DNA of 64,000 bases from an uncultured Verrucomicrobiae bacterium (GCA_963812605.1 CAWEWF010000014.1:576001-640000), one strand, 5' to 3'. Positions 40,601 to 49,042 are shown, counted from the first letter of the stretch. Notes: generated by a model not told the origin, from the sequence alone. Translations and numbers: made by a program.

Positions 40601-41330
40601 CGGCGACGCCACGAACACCCTGACAAATTACATTATCGTCATAAGCTGCATCCCCCAGGCGAACTTCTACGCCAGTCCAACCAGTGGCCTGGCACCGCTG
40701 TTGGTGTACTTCTACGACACCTCGACCGGCACGATCACCAACTGGTTCTGGAATTTCGGTGACGGCACTACCACCAACGTCATGACCAGCTACGTGTATT
40801 ACACCTATACCAACGCCGGCACCTACTCAGTCACGCTGGTGGCCAGCGGCCCCTGCGGTACCAGCACGACCAACGCGCCGAACTACATCACGGTGCTGAC
40901 GACGGTGCAAAACTGGCAGATCCAATACTTCGGCTCCACCAATAACCCGAATGGCGCACCCGGACTTGACTTGTTCGGAACCGGTATGAGCAATTCCAAC
41001 AAGTTCCTGGCGGGATTCAGTCCCACCGACCCGTCGGCGTACCTGCACATCATCGCCATCGTGAAGACGAATAATAACGTCCAGGTGATCTACCTCGGGG
41101 CCAACGGCGACTACACCTGGTATCCGGGCGTCGCGTCGCGCACCAACGTGCTGGAGTTCACCAGAGGCACGGTCAATGGCAGCTACTCATCGAACAACTT
41201 CACGAGCACCGGCCAGACGAACATTCTCAGCGGCGGCGACGGCCTCGGGATCGTGACCAACATGATCGATGTTGGCGGCGCGACCAACAAACCGTCGCGG
41301 TACTACCGGGTCCGCGTGCTGGTGCCATGA
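37632..41330 (+). CDS. Large secreted multicopper oxidase with three PKD domains and a C-terminal YRVRVLVP domain
   Basis: All four Cu motifs (IHWHG, WFHSH, HPFHLHG, HCHIFPHAGEGM); three NWFWD/NFGDG PKD repeats. Confidence 0.93.
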   Translation: MKARIQCVVVAVAILFTGLFASTAHAAMNVVTNISSDPTIFECYLTATNLPVTIVTTNGSALVTNIVQAMVYRDEKQPSWPQGAGIPVPVMNLTPGQMVICHFKNTLSVTEGASIHWHGIELDNDSDGTSVTQDSVKQGQTYTYQFIAPRPGIFWFHSHMEPGNTTFAGMYGVIIIPNDVEGTLISNGYLPSNSVTYTLAMSDIEYATNNAFAPGSPMGTVGRQGINGGSNVFETINQWVEDCHDAGGGGGAKALCQTASKPGAVVLVNGEHPLAIAGGQTPMFTVPANKKIRLRLLNEALVRHFHLKLLDASGNQIDMVRIGGQGGLLDYARLEGGTNEDWDTQYAEGEIVIGSGDRANVLTYASGTNGAILRLVGNPLPDPPFSLDAATLGSSANIPSNYPVAFFKISGTASDPEPEDGDPILAAAGEFVEELGPATNSLIDPASLGPNFPGTTNPVISLTQANVQPSIDNIQPVKLDGNMGNGDFTSIPHTNSTRYAHVGDLLQLSVSNETTPAHPFHLHGFSLQPIMIVDNSTSNTLYTYDYNEFVDTINVYGGQTLVFRVRLDDRPKFCDESPLWPNPNAGPTLLPCNDSTCGGAVGRWLFHCHIFPHAGEGMIGELTVLQNATETNVFKFVKHPDLSYSGVDVLATYGTGSPVIADNFLCTSNGLITGISVWGSWLDDVVGSNVTFQLTLSNDGGNQPGTQLWQEFFTPGTYSNTFVTSVSPDETFFDPSQPAVFATDTQVYRYDFPIPDCDAFYQDSGTIYWLSVTAFTTNGFFGWKTCITNDYFNTDATWNSTTNFPDWSPLSYPSSNPYSGLSMDQSFEIATAVSTNCPPPVASFYAFPTSGTEPLTVTFNDTSTGNVTNWFWDFGDGNTANITTNTIMHTYAAGNYSVTLTVISRCGTNTITQTNAINVGSCIPTASFYGSPTTGTEPLLVNFFSTSSGSITNWFWNFGDGTTTNTSSPSVSHTYAAGTNTVTLIVSGPCGDATNTLTNYIIVISCIPQANFYASPTSGLAPLLVYFYDTSTGTITNWFWNFGDGTTTNVMTSYVYYTYTNAGTYSVTLVASGPCGTSTTNAPNYITVLTTVQNWQIQYFGSTNNPNGAPGLDLFGTGMSNSNKFLAGFSPTDPSAYLHIIAIVKTNNNVQVIYLGANGDYTWYPGVASRTNVLEFTRGTVNGSYSSNNFTSTGQTNILSGGDGLGIVTNMIDVGGATNKPSRYYRVRVLVP

Positions 41331-41436
41331 ACATGATTTGGAGGCGTGCGGCTATCGGAAGGGCCACGCTTTACAATTTACGCGTCAGTCCGTGAACAAG
41401 CTCAGAGTTCGCAAAAATACGTTTGTACAATCTGTG

Positions 41437-42738
41437 TTAACCGAGGTCCGTCCAACTCACCAGGTCCGCCAAATTCGCCCGGCCGTCATGGTGCCAGGAC
41501 AAGGGCGGGCGTTGCATCTGGCCGATGGGGCAGACGCGATGGATGCCCATCCGGGCGAGGTCGCCCGCAAATCCCGCCGCCCGCTCGTTCATCGGCGCGA
41601 CGCCCACCGTCGAGACATTGGCGGCGATCTTCTGGATGGCATCGAGGACACGCTTATAGCCGTCCGTGGGTTTGACGAAAATGACGCGGTTGAGGCAGGA
41701 GGGGATGAAGGACGGGCTGTCATCGTAGATCACTGTCCAGTCATTGCCAGTGGAACTGCTCCAAACGATGAACCGTTTGTCCGAGGCAGCACGAAATTCA
41801 TAACCTGAGCGGAATTTGGCGACTTGCGCTGCTTCTTCGGTGGAAAGTTGCCCGCGCGGGACGCGCGCTTGATACACAGCCATCGCCTCGGCCAGCGCCG
41901 CGGCAAACTTTCGCGGACCAAGCTGCCCGCGTTCTTCCACATAATACACATGCGGCGAGAGGCAACCCAACTGGTCGTACACCGATGCGTCAAACGCCGC
42001 CGCTTGCGCCAATTGCGGCAGGTTCTCCTCGGTCATCGCTTCCTTCCCGACCACCGCGAAGCTGAGCTTGTGGCCGTAACCGAGAAACCGCGCCTGCGCC
42101 GGCGCGAGTTGTCGCAACGCGGAAATCGTATGGTCGTCGCCGTACGCGATCACCCCGTCGGCATCTTCCAGCGCCGTCTGCGTCAGCGCCAACTCGCCGC
42201 GCGACCAATCGGTCGATGCCGCGCAATCGGCCAGTTCCGCGTCCACCTCGCGCACCGACTCGATGAAAAGGGAAGGGAACACCGGGTCGCGCGGCGAGAC
42301 TTTCACCAGGTTGGCTGTGCGCAGCAGTAGGCCGCAGCAGATGCTGACGATCCCCGGCATCGGGACGTTGCCCGCCAAAAAATGCACCAGCAAACGCGGC
42401 GCCATCGCCCGCGATTGCACCCGCCCGCGCAGGCAGAACTCGTCGAGCACGCGGCGGTTCCCCAATTCGCGGTCCAGCAGTTCGCCGAGCGACTCGTAGT
42501 GGATTGCCCCAAAGGTGAGATCGATGGCTTCCTGCACCATCGCTTCGGAAAATCCCATGTGTCGCGGGCCGTATTCGACGGCCTGCCGTCGCCACCGGCT
42601 CTTGGGGTCGAGCCAGTTCTTCGCCGTCTGCGTCAAAACGGCGATGACCGCGTCCGTGGTGCGATGCTGCTGCACCCGCTCGCGCGCTTCACCGGTCCGG
42701 CTGACCGCCTCCCGAATCGATTCAACAGTTGCGCTCAT
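41437..42738 (-). CDS. LuxC-like acyl-thioester/acyl-CoA reductase
   Basis: HFLAGNVP, AYGDD, GYGHKLSF, YDQLGCLSPH (catalytic Cys), RVCPIGQMQ..WHHDG. Confidence 0.88.
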   Translation of the reverse strand: MSATVESIREAVSRTGEARERVQQHRTTDAVIAVLTQTAKNWLDPKSRWRRQAVEYGPRHMGFSEAMVQEAIDLTFGAIHYESLGELLDRELGNRRVLDEFCLRGRVQSRAMAPRLLVHFLAGNVPMPGIVSICCGLLLRTANLVKVSPRDPVFPSLFIESVREVDAELADCAASTDWSRGELALTQTALEDADGVIAYGDDHTISALRQLAPAQARFLGYGHKLSFAVVGKEAMTEENLPQLAQAAAFDASVYDQLGCLSPHVYYVEERGQLGPRKFAAALAEAMAVYQARVPRGQLSTEEAAQVAKFRSGYEFRAASDKRFIVWSSSTGNDWTVIYDDSPSFIPSCLNRVIFVKPTDGYKRVLDAIQKIAANVSTVGVAPMNERAAGFAGDLARMGIHRVCPIGQMQRPPLSWHHDGRANLADLVSWTDLG

Positions 42739-42760
42739 TCGAATTTGTTTTGTTTCGCTT

Positions 42761-42865
42761 TGTAGGGCAAGCGCTCCGCTTGCCGCCGTTTCGATTCCTC
42801 TTGTAGGGCACGCAACCCGCGTGCCTTCTGCATATCAACGGCAACCGACGCGGTTGCCCTACAAC
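42761..42865. repeat. GTAG REP cluster between the luxE-like and luxC-like genes
   Basis: TGTAGGGCAAGCGCTCCGCTTGCC, TGTAGGGCACGCAACCCGCGTGCC and an inverted unit whose GTAG contains the luxE-like stop codon. Confidence 0.85.
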
Positions 42866-44061
42866 ATTCCCAAGCTCTCCGCATTCAACGAGCACCCGCG
42901 CACTTCCGCGCCCGCCGCTCGCCCCAATACTTCAAATTCCGCCAGGCCCACGTCGCTCATCCGGGCAATCCCCAAATCCTCCGTCTGCACACACAGCATA
43001 CTCCACAGGTTCGCCAGGTCAAAGATTCGAATGAGGCCGCGTTCATGATCAGCAGCCTCCCTGCCAGTGTTCGGGTCTATGACCAACACGCGCGCCCATG
43101 GCGGAACCGCCTTGCCGTCCGTCCGCTTGCCAACCCGCAGCGTCGCATCATAAAACTGCGTGCTCAATTCCGTCATGCCGTATTCATTGACGATGTGCGA
43201 CGTCGGTATCCCCAGAACACGCTCGAAGTGCCCGTAAAGCTCCGCCTTCGACAATTCGCGAGATCGTCCCTTGAACCCGCCCGTTTCCATGGCGCGACTG
43301 CCTTCTGCCATCTCGAATTTCAAATTCCGCCGTTCCAGATGATCAAGCAAATGGACAAAAGCAAACGCCGTCCCCAATAGGAACACAGGCTGGTGCGCCC
43401 ATTGCGCCTCACACAAGTCGTGCACCAGTTTCTCTAGAAGCAACTGACCGCCCTCAACATAATAAGCGCTGTCATCGCCGCCAAACTCTTCCATCACCAC
43501 GCCCATCATGTGCGACGACGACGAATGCGGCGCCTCCTCCGGTGACGGCATCAGTATCATCATCGGCAAAGTCATTGTAGGGCAAGCGCTCCGCTTGCCG
43601 CTAACCGTAGTGGGGTGGGCGTCTCGCCCGCCATCATCTCCTGTTGAACAGGCATCCCGCCTGTTTCCCTCCTCCTGCCCACCTAGCAAATGCGCCGCGA
43701 AGTTTGGCTTGATCGCCGCATGGTAAAGTTCGAGCGTGGCCAAAAAATGTTTCCCCGACTGCTCGCGCGTCGTCCCACTCGTATGAAACTCCGCCACGGC
43801 CTGCTCAACCAGGAAACACGTCAGCGCAAAATCCTTGAACGCACCCGTCGGCGTCGCCGGGATCTCCTTCCAGTACGTCACCGACTGCGGTGTCTGCTTC
43901 CGACGGTCGCAATAAGCCCGATACACCGCGCACCGCTCATACTGAAACGCAAAAACCTCCCGCGCCAACCGATCAAACTCCTCATCCGTGGTCGGCTGTC
44001 CAACCCCGCGAGAGATCAGCGCGAGCACCCGTTGTTGGAGGTCTGAAGCAACTTTATCCAT
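42859..44061 (-). CDS. LuxE-like acyl-protein synthetase (ANL adenylating enzyme) with an in-frame REP insertion
   Basis: FHTSGTT, METGGFKGR, NEYGMTELSTQFY, QTEDLG, LGRAAGAEVRGCS (C-terminal Cys). Confidence 0.88.
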   Translation of the reverse strand: MDKVASDLQQRVLALISRGVGQPTTDEEFDRLAREVFAFQYERCAVYRAYCDRRKQTPQSVTYWKEIPATPTGAFKDFALTCFLVEQAVAEFHTSGTTREQSGKHFLATLELYHAAIKPNFAAHLLGGQEEGNRRDACSTGDDGGRDAHPTTVSGKRSACPTMTLPMMILMPSPEEAPHSSSSHMMGVVMEEFGGDDSAYYVEGGQLLLEKLVHDLCEAQWAHQPVFLLGTAFAFVHLLDHLERRNLKFEMAEGSRAMETGGFKGRSRELSKAELYGHFERVLGIPTSHIVNEYGMTELSTQFYDATLRVGKRTDGKAVPPWARVLVIDPNTGREAADHERGLIRIFDLANLWSMLCVQTEDLGIARMSDVGLAEFEVLGRAAGAEVRGCSLNAESLGML

Positions 44062-45292
44062 GGGAAACGAAATCACCCAGTGCAGCCACGCAATAATCCA
44101 ATTGCCGTTTCGTGATCACCAGCGGGGGCGTGAGGCCAACGACTTCATTGCGGCTGCCTTCGGGCAGGGCGAGAACGCCACGCTGCAAAAACTTCTCAAC
44201 GACGGGAACCGCGTTGTCCACCTCGAGTCCGAGCATCAATCCCTGGCCACGCACCTTGCCGGTGCGGGCCAACCGCGTTGCGAGCCATTTCCCCAGTTCA
44301 CGACTGCGGGCTGCCAACTTGAGCCGCTTCATCTCTGCAATTGACGCCAAGGCCGCCGCGCAACCGAGCGGATTACCAAGAAATGTGCTGGTATGAATGG
44401 CCTCGCCTTGCGATTCCGGCCAGCTATCCATGACTTTCGCGCGACCGATGCACGCCGAAATCGGAAAGCCGCCCGCCATCGCCTTTCCCACACAAACGAT
44501 GTCTGGTACCACCCCCGAATGTTCGCAAGCGAACCAACGTCCCGTCCGACAAAACCCCGTGTAGATCTCGTCGAGAATTAATAGCAACCCATGTTCATCG
44601 CAAAACCGCCGCAACTTCGGGAGAAAATCATCCGGCGGAACAACAATCCCACCGCGTCCCTGGATCGGCTCGGCGATCACTGCGCCGAAATCTTGAATAT
44701 TCGCCACATCCGGCAAACGGCCAAACGGAACATGCGCGGTGAAGTGGCCCAGCTGCCCCGTGAAATGTGAACGGAAGTCCGCGCGCCACGTCGTGTCGAG
44801 CGCACCGTAGGTGAGTCCGTGATACGCGCCGTCGAACGCAATGACGCCGGGCCGGCGGGTGTGGATCACTGCTGTTTTGAGCGCGATTTCCACCGCCTCC
44901 GCGCCGGAATTCGCGAAGACAACGCGCGCTTCCGATTTGTCCCACCTCCCAAACGTCAGCGCCACCAATTCCCGCGCCAGCTTCAATTTTAATTCGTTCG
45001 GATGCACGTCGCCCATCGCATGCAACAGCTTTCCCGCTTGCGCCTGGATGGCCGCTACCACGCGCGGGTTGGCATGACCGACACTTGCCACGCCAAACGC
45101 CGCCGTCAGATCGAGATAGCGGTTGCCATCGACATCCCACACATTGGCGCCCGCCGCGCGCTCCCAAAAGATCGGCCAGTGGTCGGACACGAAAGTAATG
45201 TTGCGGGATTCATACTGACGGAGTTGGTTGGCGAGGGCGCGGGACTTCAAGCCAGGGACGCGGGTCTTGAGAAGTGGCAGCAGATCTTTCAC
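44054..45292 (-). CDS. Class III PLP aminotransferase
   Basis: WDVDGNRYLD, NSGAEAVE, AYHG, EPIQGRGG, DEIYTGFCRTG, VGKAMAGG, HTSTFLGNP. Confidence 0.93.
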   Translation of the reverse strand: MKDLLPLLKTRVPGLKSRALANQLRQYESRNITFVSDHWPIFWERAAGANVWDVDGNRYLDLTAAFGVASVGHANPRVVAAIQAQAGKLLHAMGDVHPNELKLKLARELVALTFGRWDKSEARVVFANSGAEAVEIALKTAVIHTRRPGVIAFDGAYHGLTYGALDTTWRADFRSHFTGQLGHFTAHVPFGRLPDVANIQDFGAVIAEPIQGRGGIVVPPDDFLPKLRRFCDEHGLLLILDEIYTGFCRTGRWFACEHSGVVPDIVCVGKAMAGGFPISACIGRAKVMDSWPESQGEAIHTSTFLGNPLGCAAALASIAEMKRLKLAARSRELGKWLATRLARTGKVRGQGLMLGLEVDNAVPVVEKFLQRGVLALPEGSRNEVVGLTPPLVITKRQLDYCVAALGDFVSHG

Positions 45293-45307
45293 AACAACGG
45301 CTTCATC

Positions 45308-45550
45308 CTAGCCGTGTCGGACGAACTTGTGAAACGTCTTGCCGGCTTCCTGGTCGACAAGCAGCACAAGCTGATTGGCTTTCATGGCTTCGACCAGTTC
45401 ATCAACGCTCAGGTTCTCGTAATCGACCTTGTCGCCATCGAAGAGAACGGCGAGATCACCGTCGGTATTGCGACGGCGCGCGGCCTGGCCGCTGCGTTCA
45501 CCGATCCAACCACGAATTTGCGCGGACTTGATGATGATGCGTAGGGACAT
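45308..45550 (-). CDS. Small hypothetical protein
   Basis: 80-aa ORF packed between queE and the aminotransferase; IRGWIGERSGQAARR..FHKFV. Confidence 0.7.
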   Translation of the reverse strand: MSLRIIIKSAQIRGWIGERSGQAARRRNTDGDLAVLFDGDKVDYENLSVDELVEAMKANQLVLLVDQEAGKTFHKFVRHG

Positions 45551-45555
45551 GGTGC

Positions 45556-46203
45556 TTACACTCCTCGGGTTTCCGGCCCCCAAATCTGTTTGTGCCACTG
45601 GGTCTGCATGCGGACGGGCAGTCTATCCGCCAGAATCCATTCGGCAAGCGTTTTGAGCGTCAGCTCGCCCCAAACGGGCGAAAATAAAACGGTACAGACG
45701 TTTGCCAACTGATACTCGCCCATCATCTGCTTCGCCCAATCGTAATCCTGGCGGTCGGCAAGAACGAACTTCACCTCATCCTTTTTGTCGAGATGTCGAA
45801 TGTTGTCGTAGAGGTTCTTCCCGACCTCGCCGCTGCCGGGGCATTTCAAGTCCATGATCTTCACCACGCGCGGGTCAACGCGCGACACATCCACCGAACC
45901 GCTCGTCTCCAGCAACACCCTTTTGCCCAGATCACAAAGCCGCGCCATCAAGGGGAAAACGTTTGGCTGCAACAAAGGCTCGCCACCCGTGATCTCAACC
46001 AGCGGGCAGTTGTATTCCAGCACTTTCACGATCACGTCACCGAGTTTCATCGGCGCGCCCTCGTGGAACGAATACGTTGTATCACACCACGTGCAGCGCA
46101 GATTGCACGCGGTCAGCCGTACAAACACGCACGGCAACCCCGCAAACGAGGACTCGCCCTGGATGCTGTGAAAAATCTCGTTGATGACAAGCGTATCGGC
46201 CAC
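45556..46203 (-). CDS. queE: 7-carboxy-7-deazaguanine synthase (radical SAM)
   Basis: EIFHSIQGE, FVRLTACNLRCTWCDT (CX3CX2C), ITGGEPLLQ, LETSG, QWHKQIW. Confidence 0.92.
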   Translation of the reverse strand: MADTLVINEIFHSIQGESSFAGLPCVFVRLTACNLRCTWCDTTYSFHEGAPMKLGDVIVKVLEYNCPLVEITGGEPLLQPNVFPLMARLCDLGKRVLLETSGSVDVSRVDPRVVKIMDLKCPGSGEVGKNLYDNIRHLDKKDEVKFVLADRQDYDWAKQMMGEYQLANVCTVLFSPVWGELTLKTLAEWILADRLPVRMQTQWHKQIWGPETRGV

Positions 46204-46209
46204 GGCAAG

Positions 46210-46238
46210 AGATTAACAAACCCCCGCTGCCGCGTCAA
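46210..46238 (-). promoter_or_regulatory. Sigma70-like promoter of the queE operon
   Basis: TTGACG-17 nt-TAATCT, ending 6 nt before GTG 46203. Confidence 0.55.
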
Positions 46239-46261
46239 TTTGCGGCACCAACCAAAGCTAT

Positions 46262-47263
46262 TTATTCCGCTCCGACCTTGGCCGGCTGCCCTGTTCGCGC
46301 CGATTCATAGATCGCCTCCATTAACAGGGCCTGCCGCAAACCCCAAATAGCAGGCGCCGGATCTTCCGCTTTCCCGAGCACGCAATCGATGAACCACCGC
46401 TGCAACGTCGGCACCGTGGGCACCGCGGGGTACCGTATCAACTTCCCATCCGCGCCCCATTGTTGAAGTCGTCCGCCATGAACGCCCGTCAGAAACTCGC
46501 CGCCCGTGGTCGATATCCGCACTCCTTCCTCCCAACCAACGACCGAGTCACCATTGATCAGGGCTGTCCCGAGCGCACCGTTCTCGTAGCGAATGCTTAC
46601 GCTGCCGGTGATATCGACCGGCGCGCCGCGATTATCCGTCCAGGCGAACACTTCGCGTGGCCGAAGATCCGTCAGGTAAAGCAGCGCATTGAACACGTGC
46701 GCACCACTGTCGTACGCCTGCCCGCCGCCCGCCGCTTCCGGATCCTGTCGCCACGTTCCTTTCGTCGCCCGCTTCCACGCTTGCGCCACGAATGCATCCG
46801 CGGCGATCACTTCTCCAATCGCGCCGCTCTTGAGCAGAGCATGGATGTATTGAAACTCCGGTGAAAACGTCCCCGGAAACGCGACGCTCAACACGCGTTT
46901 GGCTTTCGCCGCGTGCTTGATGAGTTGGCGAGCATGCTCGACGTTCACCACCATCGGCTTTTCCACGAATACGTGACAGCCGACATCCAAGGCGGCGCTG
47001 ACCTGTTCGAAGTGCTGGTTGTGCGGCGTGACGATGAGCACGGCGTCCAATTCCACCTCGGCCAGCATATTTTTATAATCAGCAAAGGTTGGCGGCTTCT
47101 TCTTAATGGGATCGAAGACTTCCCGCTGGTAGCGATCGAGATTGTCTTTGTGCGTGTCGCAAAGCGCGACAACTTCCGCTTCCGGCACCTGGGTCGTATA
47201 GACCCGTCCATGATACCGGCTCATGCTGCCGCAGCCAATGATCCCCAACCGTACTTTATTCAT
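46262..47263 (-). CDS. Gfo/Idh/MocA oxidoreductase
   Basis: GIIGCG, HVFVEKPM, GGGQAYDSGAH. Confidence 0.92.
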   Translation of the reverse strand: MNKVRLGIIGCGSMSRYHGRVYTTQVPEAEVVALCDTHKDNLDRYQREVFDPIKKKPPTFADYKNMLAEVELDAVLIVTPHNQHFEQVSAALDVGCHVFVEKPMVVNVEHARQLIKHAAKAKRVLSVAFPGTFSPEFQYIHALLKSGAIGEVIAADAFVAQAWKRATKGTWRQDPEAAGGGQAYDSGAHVFNALLYLTDLRPREVFAWTDNRGAPVDITGSVSIRYENGALGTALINGDSVVGWEEGVRISTTGGEFLTGVHGGRLQQWGADGKLIRYPAVPTVPTLQRWFIDCVLGKAEDPAPAIWGLRQALLMEAIYESARTGQPAKVGAE

Positions 47264-47323
47264 AGTGCCAAAAGCCTAGCAAATGGGCTTGCCCCCGGCA
47301 AACTATCTGGCAACGATACGGAT

Positions 47324-48280
47324 GTGACGAAATTGACGCCAGAACAGTTCGCCCTGGTCGCGCGTGAAGTCGAGCTCATGATTGGGGAAGGGGAGCGCGA
47401 CGAAGTATGGCGCGTGCTCAAAATGTTCGCGGACGGGCACTTTCAACACACGTTGCAGGATTTTCCCCCAACAATTCAGTCCGAGTTTCGCAACCTGGGC
47501 CCATCTCGGCGGAAAGATTACAACATCCTTGCCGCCGCCATTCGCGCCCTGGAGAAGGACGTGTTTGATGTTCGCGGAATCGGCCGGTTGAACTTCGAGA
47601 GGAGGGAATACGAACTCTTGAAAATCGTCAGCCGTCCGGCGCCTTCGCCGTATGCCGTGCAGGTGCCGATCTGTCTTGTCGCCGGCGTGCATGGCGATGA
47701 AGCGGATGGCATTCTCGCCGCGCTGGAGTTGGCGCGCCGCTTTGCGCGGAGCCCGCAGCTCATCTCCAACTATTCGCTGACGATCTATCCCTGCGTTAAC
47801 CCTGTCGGTTACGAACGCATGACGCGGGAAAACGGCGCTGGCAAAGACTTGAACCGTGAATTCTTTCGCAATAGCACAGAAGAAGAAGTGATCGTCATGG
47901 AGCGCGAGTTACGGGCGCACGAGTTCATCGGATTCATCAGCGGGCACAGCGACTACGAGTCGTTTGGCGTTTATGCCTATGCCACCGGCGCGGTCCTGAG
48001 TGAACGGTTGGCGAAACCCGCGCTCTTTCAGGCCAGCATCATCATCCCGATCAATACCGACGCCGTGATCGACGGCCATCCCGCGCAGAACGGAATTATC
48101 AACCAGAAGTTTCCCGGCTCGCTTGGCCCGCTGTCGAAAGGTGCAAGCGAACCGTTCGATATCACTGTCGAAACCCCGAATCTTTTCGCACTCAGCAAGC
48201 GCATCCAAGCCCAGGCAATCGCTTTCGAAACCATTCTCCACGAATACCGCGCTGTGGCGGCTGAAGCCGTAAACTTGTAA
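47324..48280 (+). CDS. M14 family carboxypeptidase/deacylase with an extra N-terminal segment
   Basis: AGVHGDE, PCVNPVG, RENGAGKDLNREF, HSD, ETP. Confidence 0.85.
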   Translation: MTKLTPEQFALVAREVELMIGEGERDEVWRVLKMFADGHFQHTLQDFPPTIQSEFRNLGPSRRKDYNILAAAIRALEKDVFDVRGIGRLNFERREYELLKIVSRPAPSPYAVQVPICLVAGVHGDEADGILAALELARRFARSPQLISNYSLTIYPCVNPVGYERMTRENGAGKDLNREFFRNSTEEEVIVMERELRAHEFIGFISGHSDYESFGVYAYATGAVLSERLAKPALFQASIIIPINTDAVIDGHPAQNGIINQKFPGSLGPLSKGASEPFDITVETPNLFALSKRIQAQAIAFETILHEYRAVAAEAVNL

Positions 48281-48315
48281 GCGGGGCCGATCTGGACTAC
48301 AAAGGACGCTTGCAA

Positions 48316-49005
48316 ATGAAGAAATCAACTGCGCTGGTGCTATGCACTGCCCTCGCCACCGTAGCGGCCCAGGCTCAGCCGCCGAAGTCCGATCGCGACT
48401 TCGACGGGCTCAAGGGCAAAGTCCATCAGGTGAGCCATGGCAATCTCATGCCGTCCATGCAGGATAAATTACACTCCGGCGAATCGGAGACCTACGACGA
48501 GCAGGGCAATCTGGTAGCGACCGTCGTCGTGGGCGCCGATGCCTACCTCCGTCACGCCTACGCGCACTTCGATGTCCAAACCGTGTTTGAGTATTGGGGC
48601 GAGAAGCCATCCCCTCCCGGCAGCGAGGAGGATTACTCCAGGCTGTCTGCCAAATTTATCTACAAGTACGACGGCAATGGCAACCGCATCGAGAAATCCG
48701 ACTTCAACAACAAAGGCTCGCTAACGGCGACGCATAAGTATCTGTACGACCCCAAGGGCCGGCGCATCTCCGAGTCTACGGAAGTCGGCAAGGAAGTGCG
48801 TGAATTGGTGAAATTCACCTATGATGCCGCAGGCAACATCATCGGTCGGGTCAATGGCACGCAAACCACCGCTTATCGGTATGCCCAATTTGATTCCGCG
48901 GGAAACTGGACCAAGCGGATCGTCATCGGTCTGGGGATCAAAGAAGGGGAAACCCAACCCGCGCTAGTGGAATCCCTCGAAGAACGGTCGATCACCTATT
49001 ACTGA
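48316..49005 (+). CDS. Secreted YD-repeat-containing protein
   Basis: Signal peptide, GLKGKV, YDEQGN, YDGNGN, YDPKGR, YDAAGN, FDSAGNW, ITYY end. Confidence 0.8.
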   Translation: MKKSTALVLCTALATVAAQAQPPKSDRDFDGLKGKVHQVSHGNLMPSMQDKLHSGESETYDEQGNLVATVVVGADAYLRHAYAHFDVQTVFEYWGEKPSPPGSEEDYSRLSAKFIYKYDGNGNRIEKSDFNNKGSLTATHKYLYDPKGRRISESTEVGKEVRELVKFTYDAAGNIIGRVNGTQTTAYRYAQFDSAGNWTKRIVIGLGIKEGETQPALVESLEERSITYY

Positions 49006-49042
49006 CCGCGCCATGGCCTCGGACACGTGCATTGCAGTTCAC

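Noticed and set aside
41437-44061. Bioluminescence (lux) operon
   Set aside because: No luxA/B/D/G nearby; luxC/E-like genes also occur in non-luminous bacteria.
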